A stretch of DNA of 63,193 nucleotides, counting the filler, from Vezdaea acicularis (Eukaryota): NCBI GenBank assembly GCA_026025075.1. It is 7 parts of 7 records of this genome, joined end to end, with 100 filler letters (N's around TTAATTAATTAA, not from the genome) between each part and the next. Parts side by side here need not be neighbours in the genome. Positions count along the whole stretch, not along the records: positions 19,406 to 28,262 come from JAPEUI010000269.1; positions 28,363 to 37,066 come from JAPEUI010000270.1; 5 more parts are not named here. One strand, 5' to 3'. Position 1 is the first letter of the stretch; every line of letters starts with the position of its first letter. The position numbers and the translations under genes are program-made. The notes under the pieces are model-generated. The model saw only the letters and a program-made list of their open reading frames with translations. It was not told the DNA's origin and searched no databases. This document shows positions 23,501-35,851 of this stretch, one piece after another.

Positions 23501-23882
23501 CCGCAAAACCGCCGTCCTCTCCCTAACCCGCACCCTCACCGACTCCGCCGCCTTCGCCAATACCTACCCCAAGGGCTGGACATACACCTGCGACGCCCTC
23601 CTCAAACTCCTCGAAGAACCCCCCCTCCCCCTCGGCAAAGGCGACGATCTCATCCTAGACCATGACCTCGATGATGTCGGCTTTGGCGTCGGGTTTACGC
23701 CGCTTAATACCTGTCGCAAGCCGCTTGTGGATCCGTGGCCTCAGGTCGGCGATTTGAGGAAGTGGGTGGGCAAGACGGTTGCGGAGAGTACGGCTAGGCA
23801 TGGGGGGAGGGTGCAGGGCTTTGTTAGGGATAGGCTGGGGGAGAGGGAGAGGGATGTTCTGGCGGGGTATATGCGCTTGTGA
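20589..23882 (+). CDS. CSE1: importin-alpha re-exporter Cse1 (exportin-2)
   Basis: Exons 20589-20658, 20769-20911, 20972-21139, 21190-21360, 21412-22819, 22873-23356, 23435-23882. Importin-beta N-terminal RLASALCFKNFVKRSW; motifs LFRSDELFNEI, RDLEGSDSDTRRRAA, ENEFLMRCVMR and EFMPYVFQL. Confidence 0.96.
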
Positions 23883-24164
23883 ATCTCTTGGCGTATTGCC
23901 CCGGATCCTGACATTTAGGGAGATGTGGCAAGCGTACTGCGGTAGACAGAGCTCATAGCTCCATTGCTAGGGCTTTCTTGAGCGTTTAGGCTAGTGCATA
24001 CAACCCCCTTCCCAACCCCAGCTCTGCCATATGGACCTCCACACCCTGCATTAGCTGTCCACCCTCTTCGAACAACGTGAACCCAAGCCGCCGCGGGTCA
24101 ACTTCATGTATTTCCCCCCTCAAGCGGTCTGTTTCGTGCAAGCCACCCCCACCTTTCCATGCCC

Positions 24165-25315
24165 CTACCGCCTTACCAACCCCGCATCCCTCCCTCTCCC
24201 CCCCTCTCCCTCCTGCCCAACTGGTGATCGACTCCCTCTCCTCCATTCCCTCTCACCCGGCTCAGGGTCCGTTCGGTAATTATTCCTCGGTATCACTTGC
24301 TCCCTTCGATCGTCTCGTCGGTCGTCTCGCCGGTCCTCTCTCCGATCGTCCCTCCGATCATCTCGTCGGTCCTCCCGTCGATCATACCCCCCCCACGAGT
24401 GCCGTTCCCGCCAACGCTCCAGACTACGCTCGCGATCACGCTTTTTGTCACGACTGTGCAGGCGCGAGGAGCGCCGGTCGGGCGAGCGGGAGCGGTGGCG
24501 GCGGCGGTCGCGGCTACCGGAGCGGGGGCGCCGTCTGGTTCGGGAGAGGGAGCGGGAGTGGGAACGGCCGCGGGGGCTACGTGGGTCGCGTGGCCGGGGA
24601 TGTTTGTGGTGGTGGCGATGGCGGCGGGGGCTTGGGGAGCGGCTTCTCCGTGGGTTTCTGCTTCGTTCGAGGGTTCGGTGTGAGGGTCGTCCTGAGCCGG
24701 AGATGCCCGCACGAGAGTCGTCCCAGCCCATAGGCCCCAGCTCTTCTCGTTCCTCGGCAGCAGTCTTCTCGCCTTCGAAAGTGCCGAAGCCCAGGCCTTT
24801 CCCCGCGCCTTCTTCAGGCGCCTGCGGCGCTTCCGCCTCGTCGACGCCAGATTCCTTCAGGGCCTTCTTGACCGCGATGGCATTCGCCCCGGATGCATCC
24901 CCCGCGCTTCTCGGCGCGACGGGAAAGCCCAGCGCGGCGCTCAGGGCGTCTTGTTCTGCTTCTTTGATGCGGCGGATCTCTTCCGCGCGTTTGGTGGCGG
25001 CGAGCTGTGCTTCGGAAGAGGAGTCGCCTTTGGCGTACCAGGATAGGTCTTTGTTTTTTTGCCAGCGGCCGACGGCTTTGGCGGGGAGGTGGGTTAGTTT
25101 TGGGGTGCTGGGAGGGAGGTTTGGGGAGGTGTTACGTACGGGCCATGAGGGAGTGGCCGAGGTAGTTCTCTCGGTGCTGCGAGGTTTGGACGTCTTCCCA
25201 TTTGAAGTCGGCGCGGCCGCCGCTGAGAGGGAGGGTTAGGAAGGGGATGGGTAAAGGGAGGGGGGGAGGGGGCTTACCGGCTGCCTTCCTTTCGTATACT
25301 GTTTAGTAGGTCCAT
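24165..25315 (-). CDS. MMTAG2/MMtag-family protein with RS/RD-rich C-terminus
   Basis: Exons 25315-25278, 25222-25140, 25075-24165, giving MDLLNSIRKEGSRGGRADFKWEDV...[27 protein letters not shown]. The tail has RSRS tracts and (RRDD/RRED)n 12-bp repeats. Confidence 0.88.
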
Positions 25316-25404
25316 GGTGTCTGTTACTTGTTAATGGAGAGGGGCATTTCCGGTGCCCGTGTGGCTATCAGAAAGTTTGGAATCTCGAAGCGGGACGTTC
25401 CGGG

Positions 25405-25562
25405 CACGTGACTGAAACATGTGATTTCCTGCAGCCCCACTGAAGCGCAACTCACAACCATTTGCACCAGGCTCATGAGAGTATTTGACAACTTTTAAAC
25501 ATCTATATAACAGACTGAGATATCATGACCTTTGATAACCTGTTTGGAGCGTTCCCCACGTG
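25405..25562. promoter_or_regulatory. two CACGTGA E-boxes in the divergent MMtag/snf21 promoter
   Basis: CACGTG at 25405-25410 and 25557-25562, both followed by A; motif match only. Confidence 0.35.
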
Positions 25563-26501
25563 ATCTAGGCAGGATTCGGCTAGTGGAGTCATCATCTCGC
25601 TTGAGTGGCCTCTGCGGCGACGACCGCCCCATCGCTCGCCCACTTTTTCGTCCCTTCTCATCGTACCGCTCCACAACAGGCGAAAAAGGGCAGCCCCAAA
25701 GAGACGCAAGCACACGCAGCCTCTCACTCGAGCGCACTCAAGGAAATTTCTCGTTTCTCTCGCCCCTTCCATCGCCCTCTTGGCTCTCTCTCGACTTCCT
25801 TCGAGCGTCCGTCCCGAGAGATCGTCTGGCCGAGCAGTCTGCGACACACGCACGACACACACCCCGTCCGACCGCTCTCTCTCTCTTTCGCTCGCCTTCG
25901 CCCTCCTTCTCACCCTCTCTCCCTCTCCCCACCGGTAAGCGCCAGAGACGCTCGACCGGCGAACAAACACGCTCACCCCCATATTCGACGCGTTGAACGG
26001 GGCCCTTTCTCCTCCCCTTTCGACGCCACGGCACCCCCCACCGTCCTCTCCCCCCTTCCATCACTCTCGTTTCCTTCGGCGGAGGCTCTGAAGGTTCCAG
26101 CAGTCGCTTCCCATCTCGCTCCGTCCCAGTCCACGCAGTGAGCCTGCAGTCGGTGGCCTGGCACTCACTACCGCGCACACTCATTTCTTTATCCACACCA
26201 ACCAAAGGAGGGACTTACCCTAGGGCCGTTCATCGCCCTCGTCCGGCTAAGCCCGTGGTGTTGACGTCTCGCATCCAAGGCCAACGCGACTCCGAAGCCG
26301 CATCGCATCCCCATCTTTTTCAGCCTCATCGCTTCATACTATCGTCACCCTTTCGCGCGCTGCGAACCCTCCCCAACCGCGTGTCCTGTCGACACCCCGT
26401 GGGTCGTTCCTGCTGCAGTCCAAGGGCCCCTGCTGGCATCGCAACGTCCCCCGCCTGGACTCGTCACTAGATGATTTGAACACTCGATCATCTCACCCAG
26501 C

Positions 26502-28262
26502 ATGGCTTCCGTGCAGTCTGCTCCGCTGGCTCCTCAGCCAGGCGGAATGTCGCTCCCTCCCGGCTTCACGCCGCAACAAGCTCGTGAAGCATTCGCTGTG
26601 AGTTTCCCCAAGCCTCGTCAGTTGAACCAAGGTGGAGCCGCTGGTCTCCCGGTCCCCACATGCCTTGTGTTACGCGCTCTTCTGCGTGAACCCCTTCGCT
26701 AACGCCGCATAGAAATATTCCCAGATGAAGGGATCTGGGGTCCCACCAGACAACCCTGAGATGGTCAGACTGCGCGAGATTCTTGCCATCGTTCAGAAAA
26801 CCGCACACTTTCAGAAACAGCTCAAGGAGAATCAAGCCCGAATGCAGCAGAACCAGAGTGGTGCTCAGGCGCAAACAAATGGTGTCAATGGTAAGGATCA
26901 ACTCTATCATACGCTCTCCGGAAGGATGGCACTCACGGCGCTTCAATCAGGCAATTCAGTAAAGGCTCCATTGTCTACACCATCGACCCAGTCCATCAAT
27001 TCCACTTCAACCCCAGTGAATGCAAACTCTGCCTCGTCTACCCAGCCGTCCTCTAACGCGGCTTCTCAACCGTCAACCTCGCAGAAGCAGGGCGCGAGTG
27101 CCTCTTTCACACCCGAACAACTGTCCTTTCTTCGAAACCAGATAATGGCGTTCAAGCTACTCTCGAAGAACCAACCGATACCGCCCGCTGTCCAACAACA
27201 GCTCTTTGCATCTCAACAAGCCAAGTTGCCCCCAACAACCGCAGACGCCGTCGCCACGGCAGGTCAGATAGTCGAAAAAGCGGCACAAGAGAATTTGGAA
27301 GCAGCTGGAGGTGCCGAAGATTCCGAAGCAGGGAGGCCTAGAGCGGAATATGAAACCTTCACCTCACCTTATTCGCACCTACATGTCACTATCAACTATG
27401 CAGATCACGGGCTTCGAGAGAAGCGGCTGATGATACCTAGCATAATGCCTTCGGGCGTTGACGTCGACCGTGTACGGGAAGAAAGAGAACGAATTGTCTA
27501 TAACCGGATCATGGCGCGCAGGGCGGAATTGGAGAAGCTACCAGCAAATCTGGCCGGCTGGGACACGAAAAGGAGTGATGCGCCTGATGGGAATGACTCG
27601 TTGAAACTGAAGGCTCTGATCGAATACAAGATGCTCTGTCTTCTGCCAAAGCAGCGTCTCCTTCGACAACAGTTCAGCAAAGACCTGATTTTGAACGAGA
27701 ATCTCGCAATGACCGCGAATCGGTCTGTCTATCGGAGAATGAAGAAGCAATCGTTTAGGGAAGCCCGCATCACGGAGAAGCTCGAGAAGCAACAGCGCGA
27801 TGCTCGTGAGAAACGCGAGCAAAAGAAACACGTCGATTACCTTCAGTCTATACTCAATCATGGCCAAGAGATCAGGAATATGGCGGTCACTCAAAAGGCG
27901 AGAATCCAGAAACTCGGTCGCATGATGATGTCACACCATCAGCACATCGAGAAGGAAGAACAAAAGCGCGTTGAGAGAACTGCGAAGCAACGTCTGCAAG
28001 CTTTGAAAGCCAACGACGAAGACGCTTACCTAAAGCTGCTCGATCAGGCCAAGGATACTCGTATCTCCCATTTGATCAAGCAGACCGATGGCTTCTTGGA
28101 ACAGCTTGCAGCGTCCGTGAAGCAACAGCAGCGCAGTGCCGCCGAAATATATGGCGATAAAGAGTACCAAGAGGACGAAGCTGATGATGACGACGACGAT
28201 GATGACGAATATGATGATGAAGATGCTGCTGAGCGCCGTCGTAAGATCGATTACTATCAAGT
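26502..28262 (+). CDS. snf21: SWI/SNF-RSC ATPase subunit (Snf21/Sth1/Snf2), N-terminal part, 3'-truncated
   Basis: Introns 26598-26712 and probably 26891-26950. QLQ domain FTPEQLSFLRNQIMAFKLLSKNQPIP, HSA region EARITEKLEKQQR...KQRLQALKANDEDAYLKLLDQAKDTRI, then KIDYY just before the contig end. The ATPase domain is missing. Confidence 0.92.
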
Positions 28263-28362
28263 NNNNNNNNNNNNNNNNNNNNNNNNNNNNNNNNNNNNNN
28301 NNNNNNTTAATTAATTAANNNNNNNNNNNNNNNNNNNNNNNNNNNNNNNNNNNNNNNNNNNN
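28263..28362. other. artificial contig linker
   Basis: N44-TTAATTAATTAA-N44. Confidence 0.99.
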
Positions 28363-28843
28363 TCAGCGAGCATATGCATGTCAAAAGCTGGGCCCTTGGA
28401 TACGCGATTTCCGTGGCGCTTGCCTTTGGCATGGTGGCTTTAGCAATCTCGCCTTTCCGATGGCTCGCCAAGAAATTTGTTTATGGGCCAGGAGAAGGTC
28501 GTACAAAGGAGTATGTCCTCATCTCTTTGACTCCTGGAGAGTTGCATTCTAACAACGGAACAGGGAGACGGCGAAAGAAAGCATAGAATATCGAGCCGTT
28601 GGCTATCCTGACTTGGAAACCCCCTCGAAGAAGCGCGCTCTGTCTACTGTCAAGTGGTCTGGAGGCATATATCAACTGACAGCCATCTTTGCCGATGAGG
28701 CTGCGATGGCTATCCTGCGAGATGACACGTATGCGAAGAAGCTCGGAGGTGGCATTCTGACGCCAGCGACTTTGGGGCAACCGTTTGTCGAAAGGTTAGA
28801 AAAGGCGGGAGTGAAATTCGAGACAAAATTGGTTGAGGACTAG
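28363..28843 (+). CDS. saccharopine dehydrogenase-like oxidoreductase (SCCPDH type), C-terminal fragment
   Basis: Intron 28511-28563 joins ...KKFVYGPGEGRTKE to ETAKESIEYRAVG...; terminal GGGILTPATLGQPFVERLEKAGVKF is typical of the family. Confidence 0.8.
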
Positions 28844-28953
28844 TCTGTCTTTCCCTTTCTCAAATTGGATAGGTATATACCTTGCTTTCAGGAATCCTCC
28901 CTTCAACTCCATGCTCGCATGCCAAAACAGAAACTCCACCCTATGCAAAGTCC

Positions 28954-29590
28954 TCAAGTCGTGAACAGCGTATCCTCCTAGACCACCATTAGCACCCTTC
29001 ACCACCTCACCAGCCCAATGCAGACTCACCTCTCTCAAATACTCTCCACAGTCCGCCTGCCTAAACACCGCTACCGCCGTCGGCTCCATCCTCCTCGCCT
29101 CCGCCGTACTCCTCGCTGTGACCCCAAAGCCCAGCGGCGTATCGTTCATACTCAGCACCAAAACGCCCTGATGCTCCGGACAGTCATCCGACCACCTGCC
29201 TACATGCGCCTTGACCACATTGCCCCCGTACAGAAAGGGCATCTCGCCGTTCGGCTTGACCCATACCTTATACCGTGCGTGCGGCGCGATGATATCCAGC
29301 GCCGTGATGTGCAGCCTGAATTTTCCCGTCTTGGTAAACTTGCCTAGACATGTTCCAAGCGAGAGCAGGTTGTCGCGCGCGATGCTGGTGGCTAGGTTGG
29401 CGGTCGAGAGGCGGACGTAGTAGACGCGGGATTCTTGCAGGCGGAAGACGTAGCGGTCGTCTGGTGTGGTGGTGGTGGTGCCAGCTGGGGTGGAGGCGGG
29501 GGCGGCGATCAGTTGTTTGAGGGAGCTGCCGGTGTAGTTGGCGAGTTTGGCGAAGAGGGTTTGCGTTTCTTGCTCTGTTAAGGGACGCAT
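28954..29590 (-). CDS. NIP7: 60S ribosome biogenesis protein Nip7 (PUA domain)
   Basis: MRPLTEQETQTLFAKLANYTG...GTCLGKFTKTGKFRLHITAL...KVWVKPNGEMPFLYGGNVVKAH. Intron 29029-28978 gives the C-terminus GEYLREEDTLFTT*. Confidence 0.96.
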
Positions 29591-29826
29591 GGTGGGAATT
29601 GTGACGAGAATGTTAGGTCTAGGCGGGCAGAGGTTGGTGGCTGTAACTATTTCGCGGGCGGAATTTGTGCGGGATGAAATCTTGGCGCGCCGAAAGCTTT
29701 TTTGCGAGATCGATTTCACACCTCGGTTGATTTGAAGAGAAATGCACCAACCTTCTAGAAGCTCCACTCACAGCACCAAGGGAGGCAATCTAGGGTTTGG
29801 GGACCTCCACTCGAGGCTTTCTTGAC

Positions 29827-32030
29827 ATGGCGGCAATCAAGGCGCGTCCTACAAAACGGATACGTCTCACACCGCCCACGACCTTCGGGACTGAAGAAAT
29901 ATCCTCCTCCACTCTTACCGCAGAGTCCGAAAACGGCGAGGGAGACGCTTTTCTGAAAGCTGCGGCCAATTGGAACTTGGAGCAAAACTATGAGCAGCGC
30001 CCGCGGAAGAAGCGGAAGCAGGACAAGGAAAATACTAGGCTACCAATCAAAACTGCAGAGGGCGTTGTACAACAATTAGCGGTGCCGGTTGAGGCGGACG
30101 ACGATAGCTTCCTAGGCACCTCAGACGAGGGCTCGGACGATGAAAAAATAGTACCCAAAACCTTACAGCATGCACCTCAGATACCCGTGCAACAGCAGAT
30201 AGTTGAGGCAAAGGAGGAGCTGGCGAGGATAGCGGGGCTTCTGAATGAAGACCCCGAGGAGCACGTACGTTTACAGCAGCGCCGTTAATACTCTTAAAGC
30301 TAATGTCATTATAGGCCGGGCTTTTCAAGTCTCTTGCAACTATAGCCTCTTCTCCAAACGTAACCATCAAGAAGCTTGCTATTGCAACCCAGCTTGTAGT
30401 CTTCAAAGATGTCATTCCAGGATACCGCATACGGCCGCTTTCCGAAACAGACATGACCATCAAAGTGTCCCAAGACGTAAAGAGACTCCGCGCGTTCGAA
30501 CAGTCTCTCGTCTCTAGCTACCAAACCTATGTCCGCGAGCTCGCAAAGCTGGCCAAAGGAAGCCGACGAGAGTCATCCCCTAGCGTGGACTCCAGCCTCT
30601 CAAGCGTCGCTATATCCTGTGCCTGCGCCCTCCTGACCGCTGTCCCGCACTTCAACTTCCGCGGCGAAATTCTAAACATCTTGATCAGCAAGCTCAGCGA
30701 AAAACGCCCAGATGCAGATTTCATCAAATGCCGCACCACGCTCGAAGAGCTCTTCCGCAACGACGAAGACGGCACTCCCTCCCTCGACGCCGTCACGGCA
30801 CTCACCAAGATGCTCAAAAATCGCTCCTACCGCGTCGACGAGAGCGTCCTAAACACCTTCCTGCACCTACGCCTTCTCTCCGAGTTCTCCTCCAAAGCCT
30901 CCCGCTCCGCCATCGACTCTCACAATGACGATTCAACCAAACAAGCAAATACGCGGGGCAAGAAAGCACCCAAGCAGAAACGTGTCTTCCTGACTAAAAG
31001 GGAGCGCAAGCTCGCCAAAGAGCGGCGGGGGATCGAAAAGGAGTTCCAGGAGGCAGACGCCACGGTCAGCTATGAGGAGCGCGACCGGATGCAGGCCGAG
31101 ACGCTGAAGCTCGTCTTCGTGTGCTATTTCCGCATCTTGAAAGCGCGCGCGCCAGGTCTGATGGGCGCGGTGCTAGAGGGCCTCGCGAAGTACGCGCACC
31201 TCATCAACCAAGACTTCTTCGGCGACGTGCTAGAGGCGCTTCGGGACCTGATCGGACAGGCCGAGGGCTCGGACAACCCCTCCGTTGGTGGTGGCGGTGG
31301 TGATGGTGGTGGTGAAGAGACAGAGAAGGAGGACGAGGGGGAAGATGGCCTAGGCCGGAACGCCTCCAGAGAATCTCTCCTCTGCATCATCACCGCCTTC
31401 GAGCTCCTCCGCGGCCAGGACGTCGCCAAATCGGCCAACGCCCTGCACCTGGATCTCACCTTCTTCATCTCGCACCTCTACCGCACCCTCTTCTCGCTCG
31501 CGCTGAACCCAGATCTCGAGCTCTCAGCACACTCCCTCCAGCTACCCGACCCCTCCCCATCTTCCTCTTCCCCTTCTGCTCCTACCACTCTAGCCGCAAC
31601 AACGACAACAACGCAGACCCCACCCCCGCGCCAACAGATCAACGTCAAAACAACAATCGTCCTCCTCCTCCGCGCCCTAACCGGCGTCCTCCTCCCAGCC
31701 CAAAGCGTCCGCGCCGTCCCCGCCCCGCGCGTCGCCGCCTTCTCTAAGACCATCATGGCCATCGCACTACAGACGCCGGAGAAAAGTTCGATCGCGCTGC
31801 TCGGCCTGATGAATCGCGTGGGCAAGGCGCACGGCCGCAAGATAGCCGGACTGTGGAACACGGAGGAGCGGCGCGGGGACGGGGTGTTTGATGCGCTGGC
31901 GGCGGAGCCGGAGCGGGCGAATCCCTGGGCGGCGACGGTGTGGGAGGGGGAGCTGCTTCGGAGGCACTACAGTCCGAAGGTGAGGGAGGCTGTGAGGGGG
32001 GTGGAGCGTGCGATCAAGGAGGCACAGTGA
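29827..32030 (+). CDS. NOC3: nucleolar complex-associated protein 3
   Basis: Exons 29827-30264 and 30315-32030. Motifs RLPIKTAEG, VFKDVIPGYRIRPL, PHFNFR, YFRILK and LEGLAKYAHLINQDFFGD. Confidence 0.95.
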
Positions 32031-32254
32031 GGAGGGGGGGGGGGGGCGAGGGTTTGGAGAGAACTTTTTTTTTTTACATTTCTTGGCTTTTCAACGTCTT
32101 GTGGGACGGAGCAAGTGGGTTGCTACTACTAGCTAAGATATATCAAGACAACCATCGACCATTCTCAGTGCTCATCATATAGGAGACAAGGCAAAGGAAA
32201 AGATTTGCGGCGCCGTTGCGAGAAAAGGCCCACCCGGTGACGGGAGAGACGCGT

Positions 32255-33450
32255 CTAGTAGTCGTCACTACCGGCCTGATCGCGCTTCTGCTGCCCCTTT
32301 TGCTGGAGGCTGTCGCTGCCGAGAATACCGCCGATCTTCTCAAAGACCTTCCCAGTCTTGGAGTCTCCTATACAACGCATTAGCCTCACGCTCCATGTTC
32401 GTTTAAAAGTAGAAGTGTGGCAGAAACTCACCTCCACCAGTGCCGGTGCCGCTCGAGCCATAGCTGTCTGAGCCACCGCTCGCGCCTCCAGTACCGCTTG
32501 AGCCGTATGTGTCGGATTTGTCACCACTGATGCCGCCGGTGCCGCTGGAGCCATATGTGTCGGACCCGCCGCTGGAGCCGTAGGTGTCTGATCCGCCGCT
32601 TCGGCCGCCCGCTCCACTGGAGCCATAGGTGTCTGACCCACCGCTACGGCCGCCTGCCCCGCTCGAGCCGTAGGTGTCTGAACCGCCGCTTCGACCGCCT
32701 GAGCCATAGGAGTCGGATCCGCCGCTCAGGCCGCCAGTGCCGCCGGAGCCGTAGGTGTCGTCGCCGCCTGATGCGCCTCCCGTACGGCCAGTGCCGGTAC
32801 CGCTGCCGTAGGTGTCGTCACCGCCACTTTGGCCTGATAGACCGCCTGTGCGACCCTGGAAGGTGGTGTTAGATATGCTCGATATGAGGCGGGGGCATCA
32901 TGTGGATTATGGAGAAGTAGAGCTACTTACACTTGAGCCGTAGGAGTCTCCGCCTTGGCCGCCGGAGCCATAAGAATCTCCGCCCTGGCCACCGGAGCCG
33001 TATGAGTCTCCCTTCTGGAGGGTGTTAGTGCGGTGTTTGACGGGCGACAAGGGAAAAAGTATATATATAACGGGGCGAGGAGTAGTGAGGGTATACGAAG
33101 CCGTCAGGAGGTTTTGAAGGGAGGAGGAGACTCACGCCTGTGCCAGTGCCTCGACCGCTGGAGCCGTAGGAATCTCCCTTCTGGGGGTGTCAGTGGGGTG
33201 CTTGACGAGGAACGAGGACGAAGTCATATTGCATAATGGGGCGAGGTGTAGTGAGGGTATATGAAGCTATACGAAGGCATCCAGGGGGAGGGGACTCACG
33301 CCTGTGCCTGTGGTGTCATCGCCATATCCTTGGCCTGATCGACCACCGCCTTGGTTGCCGGACTGTTTGGGGGGTTAGCTACGAGTGGTTGGGAGCTTCC
33401 AGCAGTGAAGAGCAACATACGCCATAGCTGTCGTTGTCGTAGTTAGACAT
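32255..33450 (-). CDS. Gly/Ser-rich D[ST]YG-repeat hydrophilin-like protein (about 252 aa)
   Basis: Exons 33450-33421, 33362-33300, 33180-33136, 33014-32931, 32855-32432, 32367-32255, all with canonical GT..CTRAC/CTAAT..AG introns and an unbroken frame. 14 D[ST]YG motifs; C-terminal GDSKTGKVFEKIGGILGSDSLQQKGQQKRDQAG. Confidence 0.85.
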
Positions 33451-34411
33451 GTTGATGTGGATGAAACTGAAGTATTGGATTGAGAGAAGTTGTACAGAAT
33501 GTTCTATAATGGGGTATAATTGGAGGAAGACGGTGAAAGGTATCTGGAGTAAGGCAAAAGGAAGGGGAAGGCAAGAGGGGGGTAATGAGGGGCTTTATTT
33601 AATAGCGGGGTAGGGCCTTAGTACCTGTTTTGGCCCGGCAACGTGCCTCCTTCTAGAATCATCACACGTCCATCCCCAATTGCGTCACAGCCAACCCCCA
33701 CTGACCAGGATGGGTGGACAAGCAACAAGAGGCATGCATGGAAAAGCAAAAATGTGAAATTCAATCAATGGCAGCTGAAGGGGCGCAATCCAGACCGTAG
33801 ACTCTCTCGGTGAAGGGGGGCAAATCTCGCAGCATATGCAAAGCGGGGTTGAAATCGGGCCTCTCACAGCTATGCCAGTTGCGTGCTGCTGAGGAGGAAA
33901 GAGGCAATGCACGCCTCCTTCGCGCCGTGGGTGCTATCAAGCATTGACTTTGCTGCATTCCATCCAGGCCCTTGTGGCTGGATGAGCTGAGTCGTGTCGG
34001 GATGCCTGTCTGGTCGAAGACAAGAAGATGTACATGGCTGGCGTAGGATGGAGTTGCTCTAGGAACCCCGCCATGACGAGGAATGGGTCTGCCGATGACG
34101 AGCGCCACATGGGCCGGCGCTGGAGGCGTGAACATGGAACGGAAGCCATTGGACCAGTATCACCTCCCGAGTCTCATCTTGATCGGAATCTGCTCGATTG
34201 AGAGAGGTGCAGAGAGCGCAATCGAGCGCATAGAGAGGTCTCCAGGGCCCCAGGGCCGATACATCATAGCTGACGACCCCGCGCTTGAGCAACAGTCGGC
34301 CCATTGCATCATCCGAGCCGAGCGTTGCAGCAAATCAGCGCACAAGCCACCACGCGCCCTAAACGCCAACACGAGGGCCTAGTGGCGATCATCCCAAGCG
34401 ATCTGGCCCCC

Positions 34412-35590
34412 TCATCGCACGTATTTATTCTGGATAACGGCGATCAGCCACGAGAACTTGGCTCGACGGAGAGACGGCTCCGGAATTGGTGTGACCTACC
34501 ATGAATCGCTTGTGGAAGTCCGACCGGAGGAGATCCTGAGGAATGTTAGCTCGTAGTCCACCATCATGTGACATAAGCACATGAACAGGAGATGGCGTCG
34601 CATGAACTTACGTTGACGAACTCCTTCTTGCGTTTGTCTTCAGTGCCGCGAGCTTGGTTCTTGAAGACGACATCCTCATCCCATCTATGTGTTATTAGCA
34701 ACGCTCAATTGGTGGAGTGTGCGCGTGTTGCCCACCGTCGTTTGACAACTGCTCCACTCGGATTCAGCAGCGGATTGCCCCGAGCGATATCGACTTCTTT
34801 CTCGGCCTCATCCTGCGCAGCCCTCTCGCGGTCCTTTGAGAGACGTCAGTTCTGTAGAGCATCAATCAATTGTGCACTATACCTCTCGTTCTTTGGCTTC
34901 GGCTCTCTCTCTCTTGATCTTTGCGAGCTCCCTCATTAGCTCAGCCTCCTCATCTTCCTCATCATCATCACTATCGAGCTGGATCAGCACCCATCCATGA
35001 ACTCCCCTCGCTTTAATCCTAGATTCTATGCGTGCAAGGCTGTGGACCAACCTCTCATCGCTACTGCTCCCATTCGCCTCCCCATCAGAGTCCGCATCCA
35101 AGTCCCTGGTCTCCTCCAGGACCCTCCTCCGCTTCGTCGCCATATCTTCCTCTTCCTCCGCATGTCCATCCTCTAGCAGCCGCTTCGGCCTATCAGGAGC
35201 ATCCGGCAGAGCCCCAGACGTCCCCTTTGTCTTCGCAAAATGCGCTGCTTCGGCTTTCAGGAGCTCTGCGCGGAGGTCTCGCACTTCGTGGTCGGCATCG
35301 CCGCCTTGACCAGGTTGGCTATGAAGTCCAAATAAGCAAGTGAACGTGGCAAAAAATGAGGGTGTTTGCATACCGAAATTTGAGTTCTTTGTGAGCGGGT
35401 AGCAGTCGTTGATGGTAGGCAACACCTCGCTGTGCTTCCTTGCCTTTGGCCTAGACCAGCTATTAGCCACGCCTCCCTTCGACTCTAGCTCTCAGGATGC
35501 TCTCACAGGGTCGAATGTGGGTCTATGAGCTGTGAATACGTCAGCGCGTAGTTCCTAGTAGTATGTAGTTGTCACCTTACCTGTAGTCAT
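34412..35590 (-). CDS. CWC15: pre-mRNA splicing factor Cwc15
   Basis: Multi-exon: MTTAHRPTFDP|AKGKEAQRGVAYHQRLLPAHKELKFR...ELMRELAKIKRER...ARGNPLLN...RWDEDVVFKNQARG...EFVN|DLLRSDFHKRFM|NKYVR*. Confidence 0.95.
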
Positions 35591-35851
35591 GATTGCAGTA
35601 GATAGTTGAAGAAGAGAATCATGAACTCTTTCTCGCGCTGCCTCAGAAAGTCTAGCACTGATTCTACAAGCGGCAATGCTAGCCGAGAGAGCACCCAACC
35701 GAAGCAATTTCACGCGAGCTATCAACTCGAGCTCCAAAAATCCCACCACCACTCTACAAGCTCCTTCTTCCTCAATGGCTCTCCTAACCTCACAACAATC
35801 CATCCAAATCCGCCATACTGCCTGCATAGCCTGCGGCGACATCACCTCACA

